A stretch of 30,294 nucleotides of DNA from positions 1-30,294 of the forward strand of contig DATKFA010000116.1 of NCBI GenBank assembly GCA_035511715.1. Direction: 5' to 3'. The stretch's first letter is position 1; each line of letters begins with the position of its first letter. This document shows, in pieces, positions 8,571 to 16,493 of the stretch. The DNA comes from Candidatus Acidiferrum sp. GTDB lineage: Bacteria > Chloroflexota > Dormibacteria > Dormibacterales > Dormibacteraceae. A model generated the notes under the pieces. It had not been told where the DNA came from and did no database searches. It worked only from the letters and a program-made list of their open reading frames with translations. The translations under genes were made by a program, and so were the position numbers.

Positions 8571-9745
8571 TGCTTCGCGTCGCTCAGGTGATCACACGAT
8601 TCATCGCCGGCGCCGGCGGCGTTGCGCTGCGCGGAGCCCTCGCGCTCGACCCAGATCTGTACTCGGTCTCCATCCTTTCGGCCCCTGGCGGACCCCTGCT
8701 GGCGGAGGCGGAGAGGGCCGGCCTCGAGGTCATTCTCCTCGAGCACATGCATCCCGAGATCAACCCGGCCGAGGACTACCGCTGCCTTCACGAGCTCGAA
8801 GAGAAGCTCGGCGACGCCCACTTTGACCTGGTCCATACGCACAGCGCAAAGGCCGGCGCCCTCGGTCGCATCGCTGCTCGACGCGCCCGCGTCCCCGCTG
8901 TGGTCCACACCTTTCATGGGTTTCCGTTTCACAACTTTCAGTCGTGGCCGCTGCGCATGACCTACGTCGAGGTAGAGAAACGGTTGGGCCGCATCACCGA
9001 CCAGTTCCTCGCGGTGGGAGGTGCCGTTGCGGCGCAGGCGATCAGCCTGAAGATCGCGTCGCCCGAGCGCATCCGCACGATCGCCAGCGCGATCGACATC
9101 AACGTCGCACCCGTCTCTCAGGGGGGTCGCATCGAGGCTCGCCGGCTGATGGGTCTGCCGATGGATGCGCCGGTCGTGGGCACGGTCGGAAGGCTGGCCC
9201 CGCAGAAAGCTCCGCAGGACATGGTCGCGGCGATGGAGGCGATCGGCCGGGCCGGTGTGTACTGCGTCTGGATCGGCAGCGGTCCGTTGCTGCGCGACAC
9301 CGCCGACCTGATCCAGCGCAAAGGTCTCGCCGAGCGCTTCCTCCTTCTCGGCGAGCGCAACGACGTCGCCGCGCTCCTCCCGGGCTTCGACGTGTTCGCG
9401 CTGGCGAGCCGCTACGAGGGCATTCCCTGCTCGCTGGTCGAAGCGATCACCTGCGGCATCCCTGTCGTCGCGACTGCCGTCAACGCGGTGCCCGAAGTCG
9501 TCGTTCCGGGTCGTACCGGAATGCTCGTCCCACCCGGCGAGCCAAAGCTCCTGGCCAGGGCGATCGCATTCCTTCTCGATCATCCCGAGCAGGGCGAGCG
9601 GATGGCCGACGCCGCGCGGGTGCTGATCGGCGACCGCTTTCATCCCGCGATCCTCGGCCAGGACCTGGCTTTCACTTACGAGCTGGCTCTGCGCGGCCGG
9701 TCGTCGTCCTTCCGGCGTCCGCTCGGACTGGTTGCGAATGCGTGA
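8570..9745 (+). CDS. GT4-family (GT-B) glycosyltransferase
   Basis: DLVHTHSAKAG, VVHTFHG, VGTVGRLAPQKAP, FLLLGERNDV, SRYEGIPCSLVEA (EX7E), VVATAVNAVPEVV. TGATG overlap with the upstream gene. Confidence 0.93.
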   Translation: MLRVAQVITRFIAGAGGVALRGALALDPDLYSVSILSAPGGPLLAEAERAGLEVILLEHMHPEINPAEDYRCLHELEEKLGDAHFDLVHTHSAKAGALGRIAARRARVPAVVHTFHGFPFHNFQSWPLRMTYVEVEKRLGRITDQFLAVGGAVAAQAISLKIASPERIRTIASAIDINVAPVSQGGRIEARRLMGLPMDAPVVGTVGRLAPQKAPQDMVAAMEAIGRAGVYCVWIGSGPLLRDTADLIQRKGLAERFLLLGERNDVAALLPGFDVFALASRYEGIPCSLVEAITCGIPVVATAVNAVPEVVVPGRTGMLVPPGEPKLLARAIAFLLDHPEQGERMADAARVLIGDRFHPAILGQDLAFTYELALRGRSSSFRRPLGLVANA

Positions 9746-10712
9746 GCGAACGGTCGCGACAAGCGGCGAGCAACTCTCGATAGCGTGCGACCCCGCATGG
9801 GTCGAAGACCTGGTGGACGAGGCCCTGGCGGGAGCGACAGGCTCGAGCGCCGGAACCCCGACGGTCAGCGTCCAGGTCGAGTCTTCACGGAGTGCGTTCG
9901 ACGTCACTGCGTGGGAACCCTTAACTCGTGGCGCGTGGGCCCGCGGCGGCAACGTGGTCATCGAGGATGTGTGCTCTTCCGGCTTCGACCTTGGCCTTCG
10001 CGGTGACATCGACCGCATGGAGTTCGTGCTGCGATGGCGGCCGCGCCTGCGTGGTCACGCCGCCGCGACGCTGCTGAGAACGCGCTTCATCCTTCTCGCG
10101 CGCGCGGTGCTGATCCAGTACCCGGTGCTGTGGCGGGCGACGATTCGCGGCCGGGCGCCGCTGCATGCGGTGGTTTGCACCTCCGGCCGCGCAACGCCAA
10201 TGCTCGCCGGACCGGGTGGGGTCGGCAAGTCGACGCTGCTCAACCTCGAGCTTGCCGCGGGGGGCAGTGCGATCTCGGACAACGTCTGCGTCAGTGACGG
10301 CACCACAGCCTGGGGCCTCGTTGAGCCCCTGCGTGTGGAGGGTGGCTCTGGTCGCCCCGTCACTCACGGCAGGCGGGAGGGTGAGATCAAGCGGCGCGTC
10401 GACTCCCTGGCGCCCGATCTCCTCGTCGCGCTTCACCGCGACAACTCCGAAGACGCGACGGTCCGCTCCTGCGACGGCGCCACGGCGGCGCGGTCCCTGA
10501 TCGCGGGCACGTACATGGCAGGGGAGCTCCGGCGCTTCTGGGGTTTCGCCGCGACGCTGGCCGCGGGCACCGGCCTCGGGCCGGCGCATCCACCGGTCGA
10601 AAGCATCGCCGCCGCCCTCGCATCTCACCTGCCCGCGCTCGAGATCGTCCTTCCTCGTCATCCCGGGGTTCGCCTTGCGGACCTCCTGAATCGCGCTGAG
10701 GTCACCGCATGA
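9738..10712 (+). CDS. HPr-kinase-related P-loop kinase (C-terminal domain type)
   Basis: PLHAVVCTSG followed by LAGPGGVGKSTLLNLELAAGGSAISDN, matching the HPrK pattern LHa...GxSGxGKST...L...G...sDD. ATG 9738 overlaps the GT4 end. Confidence 0.72.
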   Translation: MRERTVATSGEQLSIACDPAWVEDLVDEALAGATGSSAGTPTVSVQVESSRSAFDVTAWEPLTRGAWARGGNVVIEDVCSSGFDLGLRGDIDRMEFVLRWRPRLRGHAAATLLRTRFILLARAVLIQYPVLWRATIRGRAPLHAVVCTSGRATPMLAGPGGVGKSTLLNLELAAGGSAISDNVCVSDGTTAWGLVEPLRVEGGSGRPVTHGRREGEIKRRVDSLAPDLLVALHRDNSEDATVRSCDGATAARSLIAGTYMAGELRRFWGFAATLAAGTGLGPAHPPVESIAAALASHLPALEIVLPRHPGVRLADLLNRAEVTA

Positions 10713-12169
10713 GCACTGAGCTGATAACCGAACCGGATCTCGCACCGAGCCGCTGGTCCCAGGCCCCCACGATGCAGCCGCGCATCTTCGACAGCCCGGA
10801 CCATCCCGTGCGGCTCGACTCGCTGGCGCTGTTGAGGCAACGCACGGAAGGTGTGGACCTGGCCGCTCCGCCGGTCGTGCTGCCCGACTTCTACCACAAG
10901 AAGCTGATGGAGTCGCCCTCGAGCATCGCGGTCGCGACGACCGACACGATCCGCCCGGTGTTCACCAGCGCGGCGCTGAACTGCGGCATGGCGCTGGTCG
11001 GACTCGACATCGAGCGACCCGATGCCGCCGCGCTTACCGATTTCTATGGCCAGATCCGCGCGGCCCTCCCCTATCCCCCGCCCAATCGCGCCGTCTTGAC
11101 CGCCGAAGAGGTGATCCGCTGCGCTGTCGACGGAGCTCGGTTCGCTGTCGACCGCTACGGCCTGGAACCCGCCGAGCTCGACCGCATCGAAGAGGGTGGC
11201 CGCCTCGACGTGGACGTCTACGGGGGTGAGCGCCGCGTCCGACGCGAGCTGTCATGGATGGCGACGCAGCTGGCGCGGATCCGCTTCGGCACAGTCGGGC
11301 CGAGCACCCACTTCGTCGAGTTGCAGCAGGTCGAGGAGATCTTCGACGCCGAAGCCGCGCGGCACCTGGGCGTCGAGCGGGGCCAGCTCACCATGCAGTT
11401 CCACGGCGGGGACGGCGTCTTGAACATCCAGATGGGCGCGCGGTTCGGCCGCCGCCTGGCCGGATCGAAAGCGCTGCGCGCGGTGATGGCGGTGCAGAAG
11501 CCCATGTATCAGCTCGGGTCGGTTCGCTCACGCGGCCAGCTTGCAGAGCGGATGTCCCTCTACTTCTCGGGTGGCTGCCCGCCCATCCCTCGGGAGAGCG
11601 CCGAGGCTGAGCGTGTGATGCTCGCCAACGCGGTGGCGATGAACTACGGCTTCGCCTACCGCCAGGCGACCTACTCCACTCTCCGGCGCCTGGCCGCGAA
11701 GGTTTTCGGCGCGCGGACCAGCATGATCGTGGACTCGCCTCACAACACCATCTACGAGGAGGAGGTCGAGGGTCGCTCCGCCATCGTCCACCGCCACAAC
11801 AGCGCCCGCGCGTTCCCGGGGTCGAGGATGCAGGGCCACCCGGTCTTCGCGACGACAGGCATGCCGCTTCTGCTGCCGGGCACGAACCGCACTTCCTCTT
11901 ATCTATGCGTGGCGGCTGAGGGCGCGGAGCAATCGATTTTCTCGGCGTCCCACGGCACCGGCAGCATCATCACTGACTTCGAGCGCCGCGGCCTGTCGAC
12001 GACCGACCCCGAAGGCCACTCGACGCTGAGATTCCGATACGACGGAAATGGCCCCGTCGTGGTGCCCCACCTCGATGACAAAGGTGTGAACGAAGGTGTG
12101 CGAATCCTCGCGAGCCACAACCTGATACGACCCGTGGCCCGGATGCGGCCCTTCGCGGTCCTGAACTGA
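10709..12169 (+). CDS. Divergent RtcB-family (GTP/Mn2+-dependent ligase fold) protein
   Basis: All RtcB motifs occur in order: LPD, (A)LNCGM, GTVGPSTHFVELQQVEEIFD..AA, QFHGG, AMNYGFAYRQ, DSPHN, VHRHNSARAFP, LLPGT..TSSYL, FSASHGTG, VARMRP. ATGA overlap with the kinase gene. Confidence 0.88.
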   Translation: MSTELITEPDLAPSRWSQAPTMQPRIFDSPDHPVRLDSLALLRQRTEGVDLAAPPVVLPDFYHKKLMESPSSIAVATTDTIRPVFTSAALNCGMALVGLDIERPDAAALTDFYGQIRAALPYPPPNRAVLTAEEVIRCAVDGARFAVDRYGLEPAELDRIEEGGRLDVDVYGGERRVRRELSWMATQLARIRFGTVGPSTHFVELQQVEEIFDAEAARHLGVERGQLTMQFHGGDGVLNIQMGARFGRRLAGSKALRAVMAVQKPMYQLGSVRSRGQLAERMSLYFSGGCPPIPRESAEAERVMLANAVAMNYGFAYRQATYSTLRRLAAKVFGARTSMIVDSPHNTIYEEEVEGRSAIVHRHNSARAFPGSRMQGHPVFATTGMPLLLPGTNRTSSYLCVAAEGAEQSIFSASHGTGSIITDFERRGLSTTDPEGHSTLRFRYDGNGPVVVPHLDDKGVNEGVRILASHNLIRPVARMRPFAVLN

Positions 12170-12348
12170 TGCAGCTACCCATTCGCAGCCGCGATTCGAC
12201 GTCGCTGAGGTACCGCCAGAGGATGATCCGCGGTCGTCACAGGCGCGCCGCCATTCGCGAGTTTGCGGGCATGGCGTTGTGGTCGGTCGGCTTGCTGGCG
12301 GGCGGCGTGGTCGCGGTGGCGCTGGCACTGGGCCTGACCGGCAGGTGA
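12169..12348 (+). CDS. 59-aa Arg-rich single-TM microprotein (below the ORF-track size cutoff)
   Basis: MQLPIRSRDSTSLRYRQRMIRGRHRRAAIREFAGMALWSVGLLAGGVVAVALALGLTGR*. Its ATG overlaps the RtcB-like stop (TGATG) and its TGA overlaps the formyltransferase GTG (GTGA), so it exactly fills the gap. Confidence 0.7.
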   Translation: MQLPIRSRDSTSLRYRQRMIRGRHRRAAIREFAGMALWSVGLLAGGVVAVALALGLTGR

Positions 12349-13298
12349 GGATCGGCTGGATCGGATTCCACATGGAGGGGGTGCCGGCGCTTCGCGAGGT
12401 CCTCGGTCAGGGGTATCCCGTAATGGGCATTGTCACGCTGACCCAGCACGCGGCCGACCGGCGCAGCGGCGCCGCCGACTACACGAGCATCGGCCGGGAG
12501 TTCTGCGTCCCGGTATTCGAGGTGGACGACATCAACGGCGAGGTTGCGCTGGGGGTCCTTTCCGAGCTGGATCTCGACCTCGGGTTCTGCATCGGCTGGA
12601 CCCAGCTCATCGGCTCGGCGGCGAGAGACCTCTTCCGCATTGGCGTCGTCGGCGCGCACGCGTCGCTCCTCCCCCACAACCGCGGCCGGGCCCCCGTCAA
12701 CTGGACCCTCATCCGCGGCGAGAAGGAAACGGGCAACACGCTGCAGTGGCTGGGTGACTCGGTCGACGGCGGGGACGTCATCGACCAGAGGCGCATCCCG
12801 GTCACTCCCTACGACACCTGCGAGTCCATCTACGAGCGGGTCGCCGAGTCGAACCGCGACATGATCCTCGAGCTGCTGCCCAGGCTTCTGAACGGAGAGA
12901 GGCCTGCGACGCCCCAGGTCCACTCCGATGAAGAGCTCCTCCCGAGGCGCCGACCCGCGGACGGCGAGGTCGATTGGTCCGCGGACAGCTCTCGGGTTTA
13001 CGACTTCGTGCGCGCGCTGACGCGACCTTATCCGGGGGCCTTCGGGTGGTTCGATGAGCGGCGCTGGACGATCTGGTCCTGCTCTCTCCCCCCCACCGCG
13101 ATGACCGCCGAGGGGAAGCCGGGCGATGTCATCGGGGCCGTGGTGAGCCCGGTCGACGAAGCCTGCGGCCAGACCGTGCGGTGCGGCCAGGGCGCCATCA
13201 CGCTGCTCGAGCTCGAGGACGAAAGCGGCCTGGTCCTGAAGGGCCGCGAGCTGAGTGATCAGCGCTGGCAGGGCCGGAGGTGGCGCGATGGCGCATGA
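12345..13298 (+). CDS. Sugar N-formyltransferase-like protein (formyl_trans N + C domains)
   Basis: Likely GTG start (MRIGWIGFH). GAHASLLPHNRGRAPVNWTLIRGEKETGNT...DGGDVI; C-terminal RRPADGEVDW...DFVRALTRPYPGAF. Confidence 0.88.
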   Translation: MRIGWIGFHMEGVPALREVLGQGYPVMGIVTLTQHAADRRSGAADYTSIGREFCVPVFEVDDINGEVALGVLSELDLDLGFCIGWTQLIGSAARDLFRIGVVGAHASLLPHNRGRAPVNWTLIRGEKETGNTLQWLGDSVDGGDVIDQRRIPVTPYDTCESIYERVAESNRDMILELLPRLLNGERPATPQVHSDEELLPRRRPADGEVDWSADSSRVYDFVRALTRPYPGAFGWFDERRWTIWSCSLPPTAMTAEGKPGDVIGAVVSPVDEACGQTVRCGQGAITLLELEDESGLVLKGRELSDQRWQGRRWRDGA

Positions 13299-13974
13299 GC
13301 CCAAGCGCGTGCTGGTCATCGCGGCTCATCCGGATGATGAGCTTCTCGGATGCGGCGGAACTGTTGCCCGTCACGTCCAGGTCGGTGACACGGTCACCTC
13401 GATCATCGTCTGCGAGGGCGAATCCCTTCGCTACGGGCCCAACGGGGTCGGCCAGCGGTCGCACATCCAGGCCGCCGCGGACCGTCTTGGGGTGAAGGAC
13501 GTGCGGCTGCTCGGCTTCGCCGACCAGCGTCTCGACACGATCAACCTCACCGACGTCATCGGGTGCATCGAGCCGATCGTCCGTGAGATCCGCCCGCAGA
13601 TCGTGTATGGCCAGCACGGCGGCGACGTGAATCGCGACCATCACCTCGTCTTCCAGGCGCTGCTCGTCGCCACGCGGCCGACCGAGGACTTCATCGAGTC
13701 GGTCTACGCATTCGACACGGCCAGCAGCACAGAGTGGGCTTACCCGCGGACCTTCATCCCCGACACCTGGATCGACATCACCGACACGCTCGAGACGAAG
13801 CTCGAGGCGATGGCGTGCTACGAGAGCGAGATGCGCGCCTATCCCCATCCGCGCTCACTTCAGGCGCTCAGCTACCGCGCCCACAGCTGGGGCGTGCAGG
13901 CGTGCCTCGACGCGGCGGAGGTCTTCATGACCGTCCGGAGAGTCGTGCGACCGGGGAACGGATTCCTGGGCTAG
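13288..13974 (+). CDS. PIG-L/LmbE-family N-acetylhexosamine deacetylase
   Basis: VLVIAAHPDDELLGCGGT, DVNRDH, DITDTLETKLEAMACYESE, AEVF. Confidence 0.92.
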   Translation: MAHEPKRVLVIAAHPDDELLGCGGTVARHVQVGDTVTSIIVCEGESLRYGPNGVGQRSHIQAAADRLGVKDVRLLGFADQRLDTINLTDVIGCIEPIVREIRPQIVYGQHGGDVNRDHHLVFQALLVATRPTEDFIESVYAFDTASSTEWAYPRTFIPDTWIDITDTLETKLEAMACYESEMRAYPHPRSLQALSYRAHSWGVQACLDAAEVFMTVRRVVRPGNGFLG

Positions 13975-13978
13975 CGCC

Positions 13979-14947
13979 CTACCGCCCTTGAAAGTAGTGG
14001 GCGTTCTCGTACGCCAGCTCGGCGACGTTGCCCGGCACATCGTCCAGCTGCCGTCCGATGCTGCCGTAGGTGCAGGCGTTGCCCGTGAAGTTCCACGAGA
14101 AGACCAGGTATCCGACCAGGTGCGTGGCGAGGTTCTGCCAGTGGGTCATCTGCGTCCGAAGATCGGCGCTGCTTGGCATCTCGTAGAAGCAGTCCTGGAA
14201 ATCCTGGAGCACGCCGATGTATCCGTTGATGTGCGCGGCTTCGATGCGCGTGATGTTCGCGTCGAGCACGTTGCCGAAGTCGCAGGGCTTGCGGCTCTTG
14301 GGCTCGGCCGAGAAATCAAGGCCGTTGCCGAAGCTGCACGGGTAGAGGTCGAAGCCGAGCACGTCGACAGCACCTTTCCAGGCCGCGTAGTCGACGGGCC
14401 CATGATCCCAGTCCTGGATCAGGGTGAAGGTCTTCGCCTGCGGGTCGAGCTGATGGATCAGCGCCGTCCGAGCGGCGAACGCGACAGGCGCGTGCGGGCA
14501 GGACGACAGGAGCGGCTCGTCGGCCAGGTAGTACATCAGGATGTCGGGGCTGCCCTTGATGGCGTCCACCATCTGCGTCACCTGGGCGTCGGACTGGTCC
14601 CAGAAGCAGCCTGGCTTGTTCCAACCGCCGAGCCAGACGATGGCCTTGAGCCCGGTGCCGGCCAGGGCCGCGATCGCGCCGGGGTACGGCTCGGCCTGCA
14701 CGGCGTTGAAACCGGCCGCCTTCATGTTCGACACGCCGGTCCCGAAGAAGCAGCCGTTGTCGTTGCTGTAACCCGGCGCCTGGCACGTCGTGTCGCGGCC
14801 GAATGTCCCGCGAACGAACAACGGCAACGCGGATCGGACCGGAATGCTCGTGCCGGCGGGCGGAGTGGATGTCGAGCACGCGCATGACCAGAGAACACAG
14901 AACAGAAGCGGCGAAACCAGGCGAGCCAGCCGCAAAGCGCTGGCCAC
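13979..14947 (-). CDS. Putative secreted/lipoprotein with a GH-like (beta/alpha)8 domain; start uncertain (GTG 14947 or 14968)
   Basis: Hydrophobic LARLVSPLLFCVLWSCAC followed by S/T/P, then MKAAGFNA, GLKAIVW, YYLADEP, DVLGFDLYPC, VLQDF, HWQN, GYLVFSW. Homologous by eye to the second domain of the 1-4052 protein. Confidence 0.8.
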   Translation of the reverse strand: MASALRLARLVSPLLFCVLWSCACSTSTPPAGTSIPVRSALPLFVRGTFGRDTTCQAPGYSNDNGCFFGTGVSNMKAAGFNAVQAEPYPGAIAALAGTGLKAIVWLGGWNKPGCFWDQSDAQVTQMVDAIKGSPDILMYYLADEPLLSSCPHAPVAFAARTALIHQLDPQAKTFTLIQDWDHGPVDYAAWKGAVDVLGFDLYPCSFGNGLDFSAEPKSRKPCDFGNVLDANITRIEAAHINGYIGVLQDFQDCFYEMPSSADLRTQMTHWQNLATHLVGYLVFSWNFTGNACTYGSIGRQLDDVPGNVAELAYENAHYFQGR

Positions 14948-15236
14948 GCTAGCAGCCGGCTGATGCACCCGCAAGGCTTCTGGGACTTTCTGGACGCATG
15001 CGCCCGGACGAGCTTGGGAATCACTCCCAGGCTGCTGGGACACTCGTCCTAGCGAATCCTCCTCTTCCCATTGGATTCGAGGGTCGTGTGAGGCAGCATC
15101 GAACTTCGAGGATGCTGCAGGCCGGGAGGGCAAAACGGGGCGCGACTGGGCCTGCACACGAGGGCGCGGGCAGGCGCGCCCAGTGCTCGGCCGGCCGGCC
15201 TACACGCAACCCGTGGCAGTGATCGGGTCAACCGCG

Positions 15237-16493
15237 ATGGGCCGGCGCTGGACGCCGGTGGCGAGAGGGTTGGCTGCGCCTGGCGTGCCGTGGGTCCTGC
15301 TTGCTCCCATCCTCGCGGGGGTGGCGCTGATCCCGCTGCTGAGGCCCAACGGACCAGGCAACACATCGGTACCCGACGTCCCGATCGCCCTGAGCATCCT
15401 GGCCGCGCTGGTGTGGGCCGGCGTCACCGGCCAGGAGCTGCGACTTCCCTACGCGCTGGCTGTGGGCTTCACCATGCTGGGCGGCGCCGTCGCTTCGATC
15501 GCCGGGCCGCTGCCGGGCAACGGTCTCCTGGCGGTGGTGCAGGACCTCTTCCTGCTCGCGTGGTGCGGGGTCATCGTCAACGTCGCGCGCCAGGCCGACG
15601 CCTTCAGGTGGCTGATGCGGGCCTGGGCGTGGAGCGCGGTCGGCTGGGCCCTGATCCTGATTGGCGCGGTCGCCACCGGAAACCTCGCACTCGCCGGAAT
15701 CACCGACCGGACCGGCGTGCGGGCCTCGCTCACGTTCGGCGATCCGAACTACGCCGCCAGCTACTTCTTCGTCGCGTTCATGATCGTCTTGGCCGCCCAG
15801 ATTCCTCGGCGCCGAATCCTTCGCATCGGCGCGTGCGGGATTCTCCTCGCCGCGCTTGCCCTGACCGGATCCAACGGCGGCATCCTTTCCTGCGCGGTCG
15901 GCACGGCGGTGGTCATGGTCGGATTCGTAGCCAAGCGCTGGGGACGCACGCAGCTCCTGGCCGTTGTGTGCATCGCCGGGGCGATCGGCATCGTCGGCTT
16001 GATGGTCGTGCAGACCCTTCCCATCGAAGACTGGGCGAACGCGACGGGCGTGCCCTTGCTCCGGGACTCGATCGGCCGAAGCTCGCAGAGCGCTCAGGAA
16101 CGCGAGTGGCTCGTCCAGGAAACCCTTGGCCTCTTCGCGCAAGGCGTGCCCTGGGGGCTCGGACCGAACACGACCAAGCCGCTGCTTCAGTACCAGCTCG
16201 CGCCTTACGCCTATCAGACACATGACGATTACATCGAAGCGATCGTCGAGCGCGGCGTCCTGGGCGCGATTGGTCTCTTGCTCTTGATCGGGTCGCTGCT
16301 GGTACGCACCTGGACGATGGTCACGATGCCGATGCGGCGCGAGTTCGCGGCGGTGATTCCCAACCGGGCGCCGCTTGTCGGTGCCGCGCTGGGACTCGCG
16401 GTGTCTGCGTCCTATTACCAGATCCTCCATTTCCGCCACGTCTGGACATTCTTCGCCGTGATCGCGGCGCTCTACGTGTGGGGCCGCGAATGA
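15237..16493 (+). CDS. Wzy polymerase / O-antigen ligase-like multi-TM protein (Wzy_C type); start could be GTG 15213
   Basis: About 10-12 hydrophobic segments; R.SLTFGDPNYAA, ALTGSNGG, WGLGP, THDDYIEAIVERGVLG (HNxY..E.G-like motif). Confidence 0.85.
   Translation: MGRRWTPVARGLAAPGVPWVLLAPILAGVALIPLLRPNGPGNTSVPDVPIALSILAALVWAGVTGQELRLPYALAVGFTMLGGAVASIAGPLPGNGLLAVVQDLFLLAWCGVIVNVARQADAFRWLMRAWAWSAVGWALILIGAVATGNLALAGITDRTGVRASLTFGDPNYAASYFFVAFMIVLAAQIPRRRILRIGACGILLAALALTGSNGGILSCAVGTAVVMVGFVAKRWGRTQLLAVVCIAGAIGIVGLMVVQTLPIEDWANATGVPLLRDSIGRSSQSAQEREWLVQETLGLFAQGVPWGLGPNTTKPLLQYQLAPYAYQTHDDYIEAIVERGVLGAIGLLLLIGSLLVRTWTMVTMPMRREFAAVIPNRAPLVGAALGLAVSASYYQILHFRHVWTFFAVIAALYVWGRE

Larger units (their letters stand above)
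4513..13974 (+). other. Nine-gene translationally coupled operon
   Basis: Junctions: ATGA 5829-5832; abutting 7046/7047; TGATG at 8570; 8-nt overlap 9738-9745; ATGA 10709-10712; TGATG at 12169; GTGA 12345-12348; 11-nt overlap 13288-13298. Confidence 0.85.

Noticed and set aside
10709-12169. Ordinary RNA-repair (rtcAB) locus interpretation
   Set aside because: There are no rtcA/rtcR/archease/Ro/tRNA neighbours, several conserved basic residues are lost, and the gene is coupled within a glycan operon.
12345-13298. Methionyl-tRNA formyltransferase (fmt)
   Set aside because: There is no def/fmt context, the NxH motif is altered, and the gene sits beside sugar-modifying genes; a sugar formyltransferase is more likely.
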